Shown: in pieces, positions 1-8,738 of the stretch
Position numbering within the stretch: position 1 is the first letter of the stretch
How the letters are laid out: every line of letters starts with the position of its first letter
NCBI GenBank assembly: GCA_041611735.1
Contig: JBFIML010000002.1
Coordinates: 32,001 to 96,000, forward strand
Source of the DNA: Myxococcota bacterium
GTDB taxonomy: Bacteria; Myxococcota_A; UBA9160; PR03
Direction of reading: 5' to 3'
Length of the DNA stretch: 64,000 nt
Notes under the pieces: generated by a model
The model's input: the letters and a program-made list of their open reading frames with translations, nothing else
Told to the model about the DNA's origin: nothing
Database searches by the model: none
Position numbers and translations under genes: made by a program

Positions 1-1212
1 GAGGGCCGCCCGTCCCGAGCCCTCCAGCGGGAAGGTCCGCGACAGGGTCGGATGGATCGAGCCCTTGCAGATCAGGCGGTTCGCCTCCCAGGCCTCCCGG
101 TAGTTGGCGAAGTGCGAGCCCACGATCCGCTTGAGGCTCATCCACAGGTAGCGGTTGTCGTAGACGTGCTCGTAGCCCGTGGTGGAGGCGCAGGTCACGA
201 CGAGGCCCCCCTTGCGCGCGACGAAGACGCTCGTCGCGAAGGTCTGGCGCCCCGGGTGCTCGTAGACGATGTCCGGGTCCTCGCCGCCGGTCAGCTCGCG
301 GATGCGGGCCCCGAAGCGGCGCATCTCCTTCATGTTCATCCTGTCGCCGTCCCAGAACCGGTAGTCGTCGGCCTTGCGGTCGATCACCCGTTCGCAGCCG
401 AGACGCCGGACGATGTCCACACGCTTCGGGCTCGAGACCACGCCCACCGGGAAGGCTCCCCCGTTGAGGGCGTACTGGGTGGCGTAGCCGCCGAGGCCCC
501 CCGACGCGCCCCAGATCAGCACCACGTCGCCCTGCTTCATGGCGGCGCCGTTCCGGGAGACGAGCTGCCGGTAGGCGGTCGAGTTCACCAGGCCGTTGCA
601 GGCCGACTCCTCCCAGGTCAGGTGCTCGGGCTTCGGCATGAGCTGGTTGGCCTTGACCAGCGCGATGTCCGCCATGCCGCCGAAGTTGGTCTCGAAGCCC
701 CAGATCAGCTGGTAGGGATCGAGCATGGCGTCGCCGTAGCCGTCGGGCTCCTGCATCTCCACGTCGGCGCAATGGATCACCACCCGGTCGCCGGGCTTCC
801 ACTTGGTGACGCCGGGACCCGTGCGCAGCACGACCCCGGAGGCGTCGCTCCCCTGGATGTGGTAGGGCAGGTCGTGGCGCTCCCAGAGCTCGCCGCGCCG
901 GGCGTTGCGCTCCAGAAAGACGAACGTGGGCAGCGGCTCGAAGATCGACGTCCACACCGTGTTGAAGTTGATGGCGGAGGCCATGACGGCCACCAGCGCC
1001 TCGTTGGGCCCGAGCTCCGGGACCGGGACCTCGTCCACGTGCAGGGACTTGGTCGGGTCCTTCTCGGCGGAGGGCATGCCCTCGAACATGGCCGCCTCGT
1101 CCTTGTGGGTCGTGACGGCCCGCATGGTCTTCGGGAGCGGGATTCCCAGGATCTCGTCGGCGCCGGCGCGGGCCTCGATGGCCTGGACGATGGGCTTCAT
1201 GCGAGCAGACAT
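1..1212 (-). CDS. ccrA: Crotonyl-CoA carboxylase/reductase (3' end runs off the window)
   Basis: Not in the ORF track because it is truncated. Manual translation: MSARMKPIVQAIEARAG...VMASAINFNTVWTSIFEP...HIQGSDASGVV...IWGFETNFGG...VLIWGASGGLG...YDNRYLWMSLKRIVGSHFAN, typical of actinobacterial-type Ccr. GGGAGG RBS before the ATG at 1212. Confidence 0.93.
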   Translation of the reverse strand, partial: MSARMKPIVQAIEARAGADEILGIPLPKTMRAVTTHKDEAAMFEGMPSAEKDPTKSLHVDEVPVPELGPNEALVAVMASAINFNTVWTSIFEPLPTFVFLERNARRGELWERHDLPYHIQGSDASGVVLRTGPGVTKWKPGDRVVIHCADVEMQEPDGYGDAMLDPYQLIWGFETNFGGMADIALVKANQLMPKPEHLTWEESACNGLVNSTAYRQLVSRNGAAMKQGDVVLIWGASGGLGGYATQYALNGGAFPVGVVSSPKRVDIVRRLGCERVIDRKADDYRFWDGDRMNMKEMRRFGARIRELTGGEDPDIVYEHPGRQTFATSVFVARKGGLVVTCASTTGYEHVYDNRYLWMSLKRIVGSHFANYREAWEANRLICKGSIHPTLSRTFPLEGSGRAAL

Positions 1213-1301
1213 GCGGGGACCTCCCTGACGCGGCCGGGACGGACGTTGGGCCGCTAGGGTACCCGCGTCCCCCGGCGCTCGCGAGAGGCTACGCTCCGCT
1301 C

Positions 1302-2099
1302 GTGCACCGACCTCTGGAGCTGCACCGCAGCGCCTTCCCGGGACGGCCGGCCTTCGACACGGCGGTCTCGCGGGCGCTGTTGTGGCGGGTGGCCGACGGC
1401 TCGCTGGCCGAGAGTCTGCGCCTGTATCGCCCGGACGACGTCCTGGCGTTCTCCGTGCAGGACCGCACGCGTCCCGGCTTCGCCCGGGCGGTGGAGGCCG
1501 CCCGCGCCCGGGGCTTCGCGCCGGTCCTGCGCCTGGCGGGCGGGCGGGCGGCCGTCTTTCACTCCGGGACCCTGGCCTTCGCCTGGAGCGCTCCGATCCG
1601 GGACGCCCGCCTCGGCATCCGGGAGCGCTTCGAGAGCATGGCGACCCTCGCCGCCGACGCGCTCCGGCGTCTCGGCGTGGACGCCCGGGTGGGGGAGGTG
1701 GCGGGCGAGTACTGCCCGGGCGCCTGGAGCGTGAATGCGCGGGGGCTCACGAAGCTTGTCGGTGTGGGCCAACGGCTGGTGCGCGGTGCGGCCCACGTCG
1801 GGGGCGTGGTGGTGGTGCGCGGGCACGAGCGGGTGCGCGCGGTGCTCGAGCCGGTCTACCGGGAGCTCGGCTTCGAGTTCGATCCCCGCACGGTCGGCAG
1901 CGTGGAGGCCGAGGTCGGCGACGTCACCCCCGAACACGTGACCGAGGCGCTGTTGGCGGAGTTCCGGCGCCGGACGACGGGCATCGTCGAAGCCGAGCTC
2001 GACGCCGAGACCCTCGCCCTCGCCGCGCGCCTCGAGGCGCAGCATCGGGCCACCGCTGCGCCGCCCGGCGTGCTTGCCCGCCTGCCGGAAACCGGTTAG
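1302..2099 (+). CDS. Lipoate-protein ligase family protein (BPL/LplA/LipL catalytic domain only)
   Basis: RLAGGRAAVFH, YCPGAWSV and KLVGVGQ motifs. Confidence 0.8.
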   Translation: MHRPLELHRSAFPGRPAFDTAVSRALLWRVADGSLAESLRLYRPDDVLAFSVQDRTRPGFARAVEAARARGFAPVLRLAGGRAAVFHSGTLAFAWSAPIRDARLGIRERFESMATLAADALRRLGVDARVGEVAGEYCPGAWSVNARGLTKLVGVGQRLVRGAAHVGGVVVVRGHERVRAVLEPVYRELGFEFDPRTVGSVEAEVGDVTPEHVTEALLAEFRRRTTGIVEAELDAETLALAARLEAQHRATAAPPGVLARLPETG

Positions 2100-2155
2100 C
2101 GTTCGCGGGTCTTCGCGCCGCCGCCCGCGCGCGCGGCCGCCCTGGGAAAGGGTCC

Positions 2156-3355
2156 ATGCGTTTCTACGAGTACGAATCGAAGGCGCTCTTCGACCGCCAC
2201 GGGCTTCCGCTCGGAAAGCGTGGCGTGGCCCGCACGCCGGAAGAGGCGCGCCGCATCGCCGCCAACCTCGGCGGCCCCGTGGTGCTCAAGAGTCAGGTGC
2301 TCTCCGGCGGGCGCATGAAGGCCGGCGCCGTGAAGTTCGCCGACACGCCCGACCAGGCCGCCCGTTGCTTCGACCAGATCCTGCCCATCCTCGTGAACGG
2401 GCAGAAGGCGCGCGCGGTGCTGGTCGAGCAGAAGAGCCCGGTGGCCCAGGAGTACTATGCGGGAGTCACGTGGGACGCGCGCGCCAAGCGCCCCGTCATC
2501 GTGTTCAGCGACATGGGCGGCATCGACGTGGAGGAGGTGGCCGAGAAGCACCCCCAACACGTTTCCAAGACCCACCTGTCCACGATCCTGCCCTTCACGC
2601 CGCGCGTGGCCAAGGAGGCCGTCGCGGCCACGGGGGTGACCGGCAACGAACTCAACCGGCTGACGCCGATCGTCGCCACGCTCGTCGAGATCTTCCTGCG
2701 CTACGACCTGACCCTCGCCGAGATCAACCCGCTTGCGCGTCTCGAGGACGGGCGCTTCGTGGTTCTCGACGGCCACGTGGACATGGAGGCGGAGGCGCGC
2801 GACAAGCACGCGAAGCTGCTCGAGGAGCTCGGCATCCGTCCCGAGGAGACCCGCCAGGCCCGGCCGCCCACGGAGTTCGAGATCCGCGGCGCGCAGGTGG
2901 ACCGCGTAGACCCCCGCGGCGTGGCGGGCAACGTGGTGGAGTTCGACGGGAACCTCGGCCTCGTGATCGGGGCCGGGGGGGGCTCCCTGACCCTCTTCGA
3001 TGCGGTGCGCAAGCACGGCGGGAAGCCTGCCAACTACTGCGAGATCGGCGGGAACCCGAGCGTCAAGAAGGCCTGTGAGCTCACCAAGCTGATCCTCTCC
3101 AAGCCGGGCGTGGAGAAGATCGCGGTGATGATGAACGTCGTGTCCAACACCCGCGTCGACATCGTGGCCCGCGGAGTGATCAAGGGCTGCGTGGAGTCCG
3201 GAAGGCACCCGAAGGACGTGATCGCCATCTTCCGCATCCCCGGCTCCTGGGAGGAGGAGGGCTCCAAGATCCTGCGCAAGTACGGCGTCGAGTATTGCGA
3301 CCGCAGCGTCTCCATGTACGACGCAGCGGGCCGCGCCGTCGCGAAGATGGGCTGA
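2156..3355 (+). CDS. ADP-forming acyl-CoA ligase beta subunit (SucC/MtkA/CcsA family, divergent)
   Basis: MRFYEYESK start, KSQVLSGGRMKAG ATP-grasp, AEINPL, NYCEIGGNP; start at ATG 2156 inside ORF 1382..3355. Confidence 0.88.
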   Translation: MRFYEYESKALFDRHGLPLGKRGVARTPEEARRIAANLGGPVVLKSQVLSGGRMKAGAVKFADTPDQAARCFDQILPILVNGQKARAVLVEQKSPVAQEYYAGVTWDARAKRPVIVFSDMGGIDVEEVAEKHPQHVSKTHLSTILPFTPRVAKEAVAATGVTGNELNRLTPIVATLVEIFLRYDLTLAEINPLARLEDGRFVVLDGHVDMEAEARDKHAKLLEELGIRPEETRQARPPTEFEIRGAQVDRVDPRGVAGNVVEFDGNLGLVIGAGGGSLTLFDAVRKHGGKPANYCEIGGNPSVKKACELTKLILSKPGVEKIAVMMNVVSNTRVDIVARGVIKGCVESGRHPKDVIAIFRIPGSWEEEGSKILRKYGVEYCDRSVSMYDAAGRAVAKMG

Positions 3356-3380
3356 GGCGAGCCGGGGCACGAAGCAAGCC

Positions 3381-4286
3381 ATGTCGATCCTCATTCACAA
3401 GGACACGACCTTCATCGTCCAGGGCATCACCGGCCGCGAGGCCGTGAACCTGACCCGCGAGAATCTGGCCTACGGCGCCAGGATCGTGGGTGGCGTCACC
3501 CCGGGGCGGGCCGGTCGCGAGGTCTACGGCGTGCCGGTCCACGATTGCGTGCGCGACATCACGTCGCAGCGGAAGGTGGATGGCGCGGTGGTGAGCGTCC
3601 CGCCGAAATTCACGCGCGACGCGGTGTTCGAAGCGCTCGAGAACGGGATCCAGCTGATCGTGATCGTGACCGAGCGCATCCCGCGCCAGGAAGTGGCTCA
3701 GATGGTGGAGCTCGCGAAGCTGCGTGGCGCCCGCATCATCGGGCCGAACTGCCTCGGCATCATCTCCCCGGGCGAGGCGAAGATGGGCGGGATCGGTGGG
3801 CCGGCCGAGGACACCCGCAAGGCGTACAGCCAGGGCCCGGTGGGCGTCATGTCGCGCTCCGGCGGCATGACCACGGAGATCGCCAACACGTTGACCGCCG
3901 CCGGCCTCGGGCAATCCACTGCGGTGTCGATCGGCGGCGACGCCGTCATCGGCTCCACCTATGCGGAGCTCATGCCGCTCTTCGAGGCGGACAGCGAAAC
4001 CCAGGCGATCGCAATCTACTCCGAGCCAGGGGGGCGCATGGAGGCGGAGCTGGCCGAGTGGGTGCAGGAGAACCGGTCGCGGCTCCCGATCGTGGCCTTC
4101 ATGGCCGGCCGCTTCATGGACGAGATGCCGGGGATGCGCTTCGGACACGCCGGCACCATCGTAGAAGGCAAGGCGGATACCACCGCCGAGAAGATCGCCC
4201 GGCTGCACAAGGCTGGCATCGCCGTCGCGGAGCGCATCGAGGAGATCCCGGCGCTCATCCGCGAGCGGCTCGGAGAGGCGCACTAG
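3381..4286 (+). CDS. ADP-forming acyl-CoA ligase alpha subunit (SucD/MtkB/CcsB family)
   Basis: VQGITG, GGVTPG, IGPNCLG, SRSGG, phospho-His motif FGHAG. Confidence 0.9.
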   Translation: MSILIHKDTTFIVQGITGREAVNLTRENLAYGARIVGGVTPGRAGREVYGVPVHDCVRDITSQRKVDGAVVSVPPKFTRDAVFEALENGIQLIVIVTERIPRQEVAQMVELAKLRGARIIGPNCLGIISPGEAKMGGIGGPAEDTRKAYSQGPVGVMSRSGGMTTEIANTLTAAGLGQSTAVSIGGDAVIGSTYAELMPLFEADSETQAIAIYSEPGGRMEAELAEWVQENRSRLPIVAFMAGRFMDEMPGMRFGHAGTIVEGKADTTAEKIARLHKAGIAVAERIEEIPALIRERLGEAH

Positions 4287-4290
4287 TCCC

Positions 4291-4515
4291 ATGCCCGGCA
4301 TGTTCATCGACGTCCGCGTGGATCCCCGGGTCGCCAAGGACCCGGCCGTGGCCCGGAAGCTCACGGAGGTGTGCCCGGTGGCCATCTTCGCCCAGCGCGA
4401 GGATGGCTCGCTGCGCGTCGTCGAGGAGAACCTCGACGAATGCGTGTTGTGCGACCTCTGCACCGAGGCCGCCCCCTCCGGCAGCGTCCGGATCGTCAGA
4501 CTGTACGAGGAGTAG
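4291..4515 (+). CDS. Small ferredoxin, probably one [4Fe-4S] cluster
   Basis: VCPVAIF plus CVLCDLC motifs. Confidence 0.8.
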   Translation: MPGMFIDVRVDPRVAKDPAVARKLTEVCPVAIFAQREDGSLRVVEENLDECVLCDLCTEAAPSGSVRIVRLYEE

Positions 4516-4520
4516 ACGCC

Positions 4521-5597
4521 ATGCGTCCCGCCAAGGATTTCTTCCGGCCCCTGGCCATCGGCGCGCCCGAGCCGGTCCGCGAGATTCCCGTCCGGCCCTC
4601 GCGGATGATCCACTTCTTCGACCCGAGCAACCCGAAGATGGCGGCCAAGGTCCCGGAGCTGGCGCCCCGCTGCGACGTGCTGCTCGGGAACCTGGAAGAC
4701 GCCATCCAGGCCGACCGCAAGGTGGAGGCCCGCGAAGGGCTGATCAAGATCGCCCGCAACACCGAGTTCGGCGATTGCCAGCTCTGGACGCGGGTGAACA
4801 GCCTGGACAGCCCCTGGGCCCACGACGACCTGGTCCGGCTCGTCACCGAGATCGGGGACAAGCTCGAGGTGATCATGATCCCCAAGGTGGAGGGTCCCTG
4901 GGACATCCACTACGTGGACCGGATCGTGGCCCAGCTCGAAGCCAAGGCGGGGCTGCGTCGGCCGCTGCTGCTGCACGCCATCCTCGAGACGCACCTGGGC
5001 GTGGTCAACGTGGAAGCCATCTGCGGGGCGAGCCCCCGCATGCAGGGCCTCTCCTTCGGACCGGCGGACCTGGCCGCTTCGCGGCGCATGAAGACCACGC
5101 GCGTGGGGGGCGGGCATCCCGGCTATCTGGTGCGCACGGATCCGGACCCCGAGAACCCCGACGCAGCGCGCATCACCGCCCAGCAGGATCCCTGGCACTA
5201 CACGCTGGCCCGCATGGTGGACGCCTGCACCGCCCACGGCTGCCTGCCCTACTACGGGCCCTTCGGCGACATCCGGGACACCCTCGCCTGCCAGGACCAG
5301 TTCCGCGCCGCCTTCCTGCTCGGCTGCGTGGGAGCCTGGTCGCTGCACCCGGCCCAGATCGAGATCGCCCGCAAGGTGTTCAGCCCGCCGGTGGAGGAGG
5401 TGCTGTGGGCGAAGCGCGTGATCGCGGAGATGGGCGAGGGCAGCGGCGTCGTGATGATCGACGGGAAGATGCAGGACGACGCCACCTACAAGCAGTGCAA
5501 GGTGATGGTGAACTACGCCAAGCTCATCGCCCGCAAGGACCCGGAGCTGGCCGAGCAGTACGGCTTCTCCGCCCAGGACCTGGCGGACCGAAGCTAG
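4521..5597 (+). CDS. mcl: Malyl-CoA/beta-methylmalyl-CoA lyase (HpcH/HpaI-CitE family, Chloroflexus-type)
   Basis: [57 protein letters not shown] and [10 protein letters not shown] match Mcl as I recall it. Confidence 0.9.
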   Translation: MRPAKDFFRPLAIGAPEPVREIPVRPSRMIHFFDPSNPKMAAKVPELAPRCDVLLGNLEDAIQADRKVEAREGLIKIARNTEFGDCQLWTRVNSLDSPWAHDDLVRLVTEIGDKLEVIMIPKVEGPWDIHYVDRIVAQLEAKAGLRRPLLLHAILETHLGVVNVEAICGASPRMQGLSFGPADLAASRRMKTTRVGGGHPGYLVRTDPDPENPDAARITAQQDPWHYTLARMVDACTAHGCLPYYGPFGDIRDTLACQDQFRAAFLLGCVGAWSLHPAQIEIARKVFSPPVEEVLWAKRVIAEMGEGSGVVMIDGKMQDDATYKQCKVMVNYAKLIARKDPELAEQYGFSAQDLADRS

Positions 5598-5648
5598 GCG
5601 GCCGCGCCGCGTGCCCTGGGGACGCGGGGTCTCGGCCTCCTCCTCGCA

Positions 5649-6605
5649 CTAGGAGGAGAGCTCGAGCATGCGCTCGAGGGGCCGCAGCGCCCGCACCCGG
5701 ATCGCCTCGGGCACGGTGACCTCGGGCGCCAGGTCCCGCAGGCAGAGGTAGAGCTTCTCGAGGGTGTTGAGCCGCATGTAGGGACAACGGTTGCAGGCGC
5801 AGCTCTCGTCCAACCCTGGCGCCTGGATCAGCGTCTTCTTCGGCACGCGCTTCTGGATCTGGTGGAAGACGCCGTCCTCGGTGGCGATGATGAGCGTCTG
5901 GGCCGGCGAGGCCACGGCCCGCTCGATGATCCCCTTGGTGGAGCCGATGAAATCGGCCTGGTCCAGCACCGCCTCGTCGCATTCGGGGTGGGCGAGCACC
6001 TCCGCGTCCGGGTGCTTGACGCGAAGCTGGGTCAGGGCCTTCGCGTTGAACTGCTCGTGCACGATGCAGGTCCCGGGCCAGATGATGAGGTCCGGACGCT
6101 TGGCCTGCTTCGCCACCCAGCGCCCGAGATGACGATCCGGCGCGAAGATCACCGGTCGGTCGGCGAAGTGGGACACGATCTCCGCCGCGTTCGACGAGGT
6201 GCAGATCACGTCGGAGAGCGCCTTCACCTCGGCGGAGGTGTTGATGTAGCTCACCACCACGGCACCCGGGTGCTCGTCGATGAACTTCTGGAAATCCCCG
6301 GCCGGACACCCGTCGGCCAGGGAGCAGCCCGCCTCCAGGTCCGGCACCACCACCGTCCGCTCCGGGTTCAGGATCTTCGCGGTCTCGGCCATGAAGTGGA
6401 CCCCGCAGAAGGCGATCACGTCGCGCTCCACCTTCTGGGCCGTGCGCGCGAGCGCGAGCGAGTCGCCCACCACGTCCGCCAGGTCCTGGACCTCGGACTC
6501 CTGGTAGTAGTGGGCCAGCAGGATCGCGTTGCGCTCCTCCTTCAGCTGGAGGATCGCCTCCTCGAGATCCGCCGGGAACGTCTGGCGGAGCGGTGCGGCC
6601 GTCAT
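5649..6605 (-). CDS. nadA: Quinolinate synthase
   Basis: LAHYYQ, GDSL, FCGVHFMAE, AGCSLA, YINTSA, CTSSNA, CIVHE, AHPEC, CPYM. Confidence 0.96.
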   Translation of the reverse strand: MTAAPLRQTFPADLEEAILQLKEERNAILLAHYYQESEVQDLADVVGDSLALARTAQKVERDVIAFCGVHFMAETAKILNPERTVVVPDLEAGCSLADGCPAGDFQKFIDEHPGAVVVSYINTSAEVKALSDVICTSSNAAEIVSHFADRPVIFAPDRHLGRWVAKQAKRPDLIIWPGTCIVHEQFNAKALTQLRVKHPDAEVLAHPECDEAVLDQADFIGSTKGIIERAVASPAQTLIIATEDGVFHQIQKRVPKKTLIQAPGLDESCACNRCPYMRLNTLEKLYLCLRDLAPEVTVPEAIRVRALRPLERMLELSS

Positions 6606-6723
6606 CGCCTGGCCGGTGCAACCTCCTGCGCTTGGAGAAAAAAGAATAAGCATGAGGACTTGGAAGACAAGGGCAGGCTCGGGCCCCGGACCCCGGCGCT
6701 GTAGAGCCGCTCCCGGCCCGGAG

Positions 6724-6739
6724 GGGAAAACCCTTTCCC
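6724..6739. promoter_or_regulatory. Inverted repeat GGGAAA-ACCC-TTTCCC, candidate enhancer-binding-protein site
   Basis: Perfect 6-4-6 dyad about 120 bp upstream of a sigma54-like promoter. Confidence 0.35.
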
Positions 6740-6856
6740 AATCGGCGGAATGGCCGTTCCGAGACGTCGCGTTTCCCAGGCCGCCGGGAGGCGACCGCGA
6801 GGAGCCAAGCTGCTGATTTCCAAGGGCTTCAGGAAATCGAGGCGCACTGAGCAGGC

Positions 6857-6872
6857 TGGAACGGGAGTTGCA
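6857..6872 (+). promoter_or_regulatory. Sigma54 (-24/-12) promoter upstream of the PEP-CTERM genes
   Basis: TGGAACGGGAGTTGCA: GG-N10-GC with TTGCA, close to the TGGCACG-N4-TTGCW consensus. Confidence 0.65.
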
Positions 6873-6994
6873 TCGGGTTTGCCACGGGAAGGGATGCGCC
6901 TTGCATCTCGAGGGCCGGTCCGCCCCTTCCCAGGGTGAACCGGCGCCTTGTTCGGATGGCGGCCAGAGGAAGCAGCGGCCGGAGGAAGCAGCCG

Positions 6995-7927
6995 ATGGCG
7001 GGCGGAGTCGGAATCGGGATGGCCAGTCTCGCGCCGGGAGCGCGGATCGCGGCGGCCCTCGGCCTGGTGGGCGCTCTCGTGCTGCTGGGCGCCCCCGCCC
7101 AGGCGGTCTTCCTGGGCCTCCAGCCGGGCGACACCATCGACAGCATCGGCTACACGATCGATCCGGGTGCAGGCGCCTTCGCGGATGCCGCGGATACCCT
7201 CGACATCGACGCCCAGGCCGACAACATCGACGTGGGCACGGGCGTCCGCACCGAGATCAGTGGCGGCGCCATCGCGGTCAACCTGAACCTGGCTTCCGAG
7301 TCCCTGCTCTTCCTGGGCGACGGGGGCACGGGCGGCCTGACCTTCATCTACGAGTACACCGCCAGCTTCGCCGGGCGCGCCGGCGTCGATGACGTCGCCC
7401 TCTACGCCCCGACGGGCGGTCCGGCCCCGGAGCAGGACGGCCGCCTGCTGATCCGCGGCGAGTTCGTGTCCGACCCGACGGCCGAGGTGAGCGTGTTCTT
7501 CGACACGGCGGGACTGCTGGGCCCGCCGAGCCTGACCATCACCGGCACCTTCGACGTGCAGGCGGGCGGCGACCCGATCTTCGAGAGCGCGTTCGGAAGC
7601 CAGGGTGACCTGGCCGACATCATCGGGATCAGCTCCTCGAGCAGCCCGTCGCTCGTCGCGCTGCTGGCCGACGGCTACCTCTTCTCGGTGCGCGACACGG
7701 ACCTCGGAGCCTCGGGCTGTGGCTCGCAGGCGGCGGGAACGCCGTGCGTCGGAAACGTCGTGAACCAGACCGGCGGCTTCACCTTCTCCGGCAACGGGGA
7801 GATCGTGCCCCAGAATCCGTCGGCGTTCGTGCCGGAGCCGAGCACTGCCGCCCTGCTCGCACTCGGATTGGCGGGCCTCGCCCGGGGAGGCCGCGCGCGG
7901 CATCGGCGCTCAGGGGCGCGGGGATGA
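6995..7927 (+). CDS. PEP-CTERM sorting-domain surface protein
   Basis: Signal peptide ending APAQA; C-terminus VPEPSTAALLALGLAGLARGGRARHRR; GGAGG before ATG 6995 (start uncertain). Confidence 0.9.
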   Translation: MAGGVGIGMASLAPGARIAAALGLVGALVLLGAPAQAVFLGLQPGDTIDSIGYTIDPGAGAFADAADTLDIDAQADNIDVGTGVRTEISGGAIAVNLNLASESLLFLGDGGTGGLTFIYEYTASFAGRAGVDDVALYAPTGGPAPEQDGRLLIRGEFVSDPTAEVSVFFDTAGLLGPPSLTITGTFDVQAGGDPIFESAFGSQGDLADIIGISSSSSPSLVALLADGYLFSVRDTDLGASGCGSQAAGTPCVGNVVNQTGGFTFSGNGEIVPQNPSAFVPEPSTAALLALGLAGLARGGRARHRRSGARG

Positions 7928-7957
7928 ATCAACTGGATTCCGGAGGGGGGTCCTAGC

Positions 7958-8656
7958 ATGGCATGCGCGAAGCGATTGCTGATGGCGACGTTGTTGTTGA
8001 CGTTGCCGGTGACGGCCGGCGCCACTTCGTTCGAGCTGATCACGGCGACGGATCCGAAGGCCCGCTTCACCGTGAGCAACGGCGTCGTCACCTCGCTCGA
8101 GGCGGGCGGCAGCGACGCGGTGGTCCTGCCGGGGACCTCGCTGGGCGGCAACGCCCGGCTCCACATCGAGCTCCAGAAGTCGGGAGCGGAGACCCAGTTC
8201 GTCGTGGGGACTCCGTTTGCGGGCACCCCGGACGGCGTTCCGGACCTCTGGATCGTGGATTCGGTGACCTCCCAGGTGCTGATCACCGCGCAGCTGAACT
8301 CGATCAAGGTGAGCGGCTACACGGGCGGCGCCGCCGGCTCGGCCCTCACGTCGGTGACGTTCGGCGGCCTCGACCCCTTGCAGAGCGACCTGACCCTGAC
8401 CGGCGGGTCCCGGGCCGGCAGCTTCGGCGGCGTCGGGGCCAAGGCGGAGCTCTCGATCCTGCTCAACAAGCCGACCGTCGCCTTCCCCACCACCTTGCAG
8501 CTGTTCTCGGGCGCGGATCTCTTCGACGAGAACTTCGACGCCCAGATGAATGTGCAGCTCCAGTTCCACACCCCGGAGCCGGGCTCCCTGGCCCTGGTCG
8601 GGCTGCCCCTGATCGGTCTCGCGGCCTGGAGAGGCGCGCGTCGGCGTCGCGCCTAG
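7958..8656 (+). CDS. PEP-CTERM sorting-domain surface protein
   Basis: Signal peptide ending TAGA; C-terminus TPEPGSLALVGLPLIGLAAWRGARRRRA. Confidence 0.88.
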   Translation: MACAKRLLMATLLLTLPVTAGATSFELITATDPKARFTVSNGVVTSLEAGGSDAVVLPGTSLGGNARLHIELQKSGAETQFVVGTPFAGTPDGVPDLWIVDSVTSQVLITAQLNSIKVSGYTGGAAGSALTSVTFGGLDPLQSDLTLTGGSRAGSFGGVGAKAELSILLNKPTVAFPTTLQLFSGADLFDENFDAQMNVQLQFHTPEPGSLALVGLPLIGLAAWRGARRRRA

Positions 8657-8738
8657 CCGCCTGCGCTCCGGCCCCTCGCCCCCGCGTTCGCCCGGCTCGG
8701 GGTATGCTGAGCCCACGACGCCGCCGTCCGGAATCCGT

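Noticed and set aside
52-1257. 401-aa plus-strand ORF
   Set aside because: Antisense shadow of ccr, which is on the minus strand and missing from the track only because it is truncated.
2156-4286. Calling these genes sucC/sucD or mtkA/mtkB
   Set aside because: The signature loop differs from both, and substrate cannot be assigned from sequence alone.
4521-5597. Evidence for the 3-hydroxypropionate bicycle or methylotrophy
   Set aside because: Mcl alone is not diagnostic, and there are no mcr, pcs or serine-cycle/C1 genes in the window.
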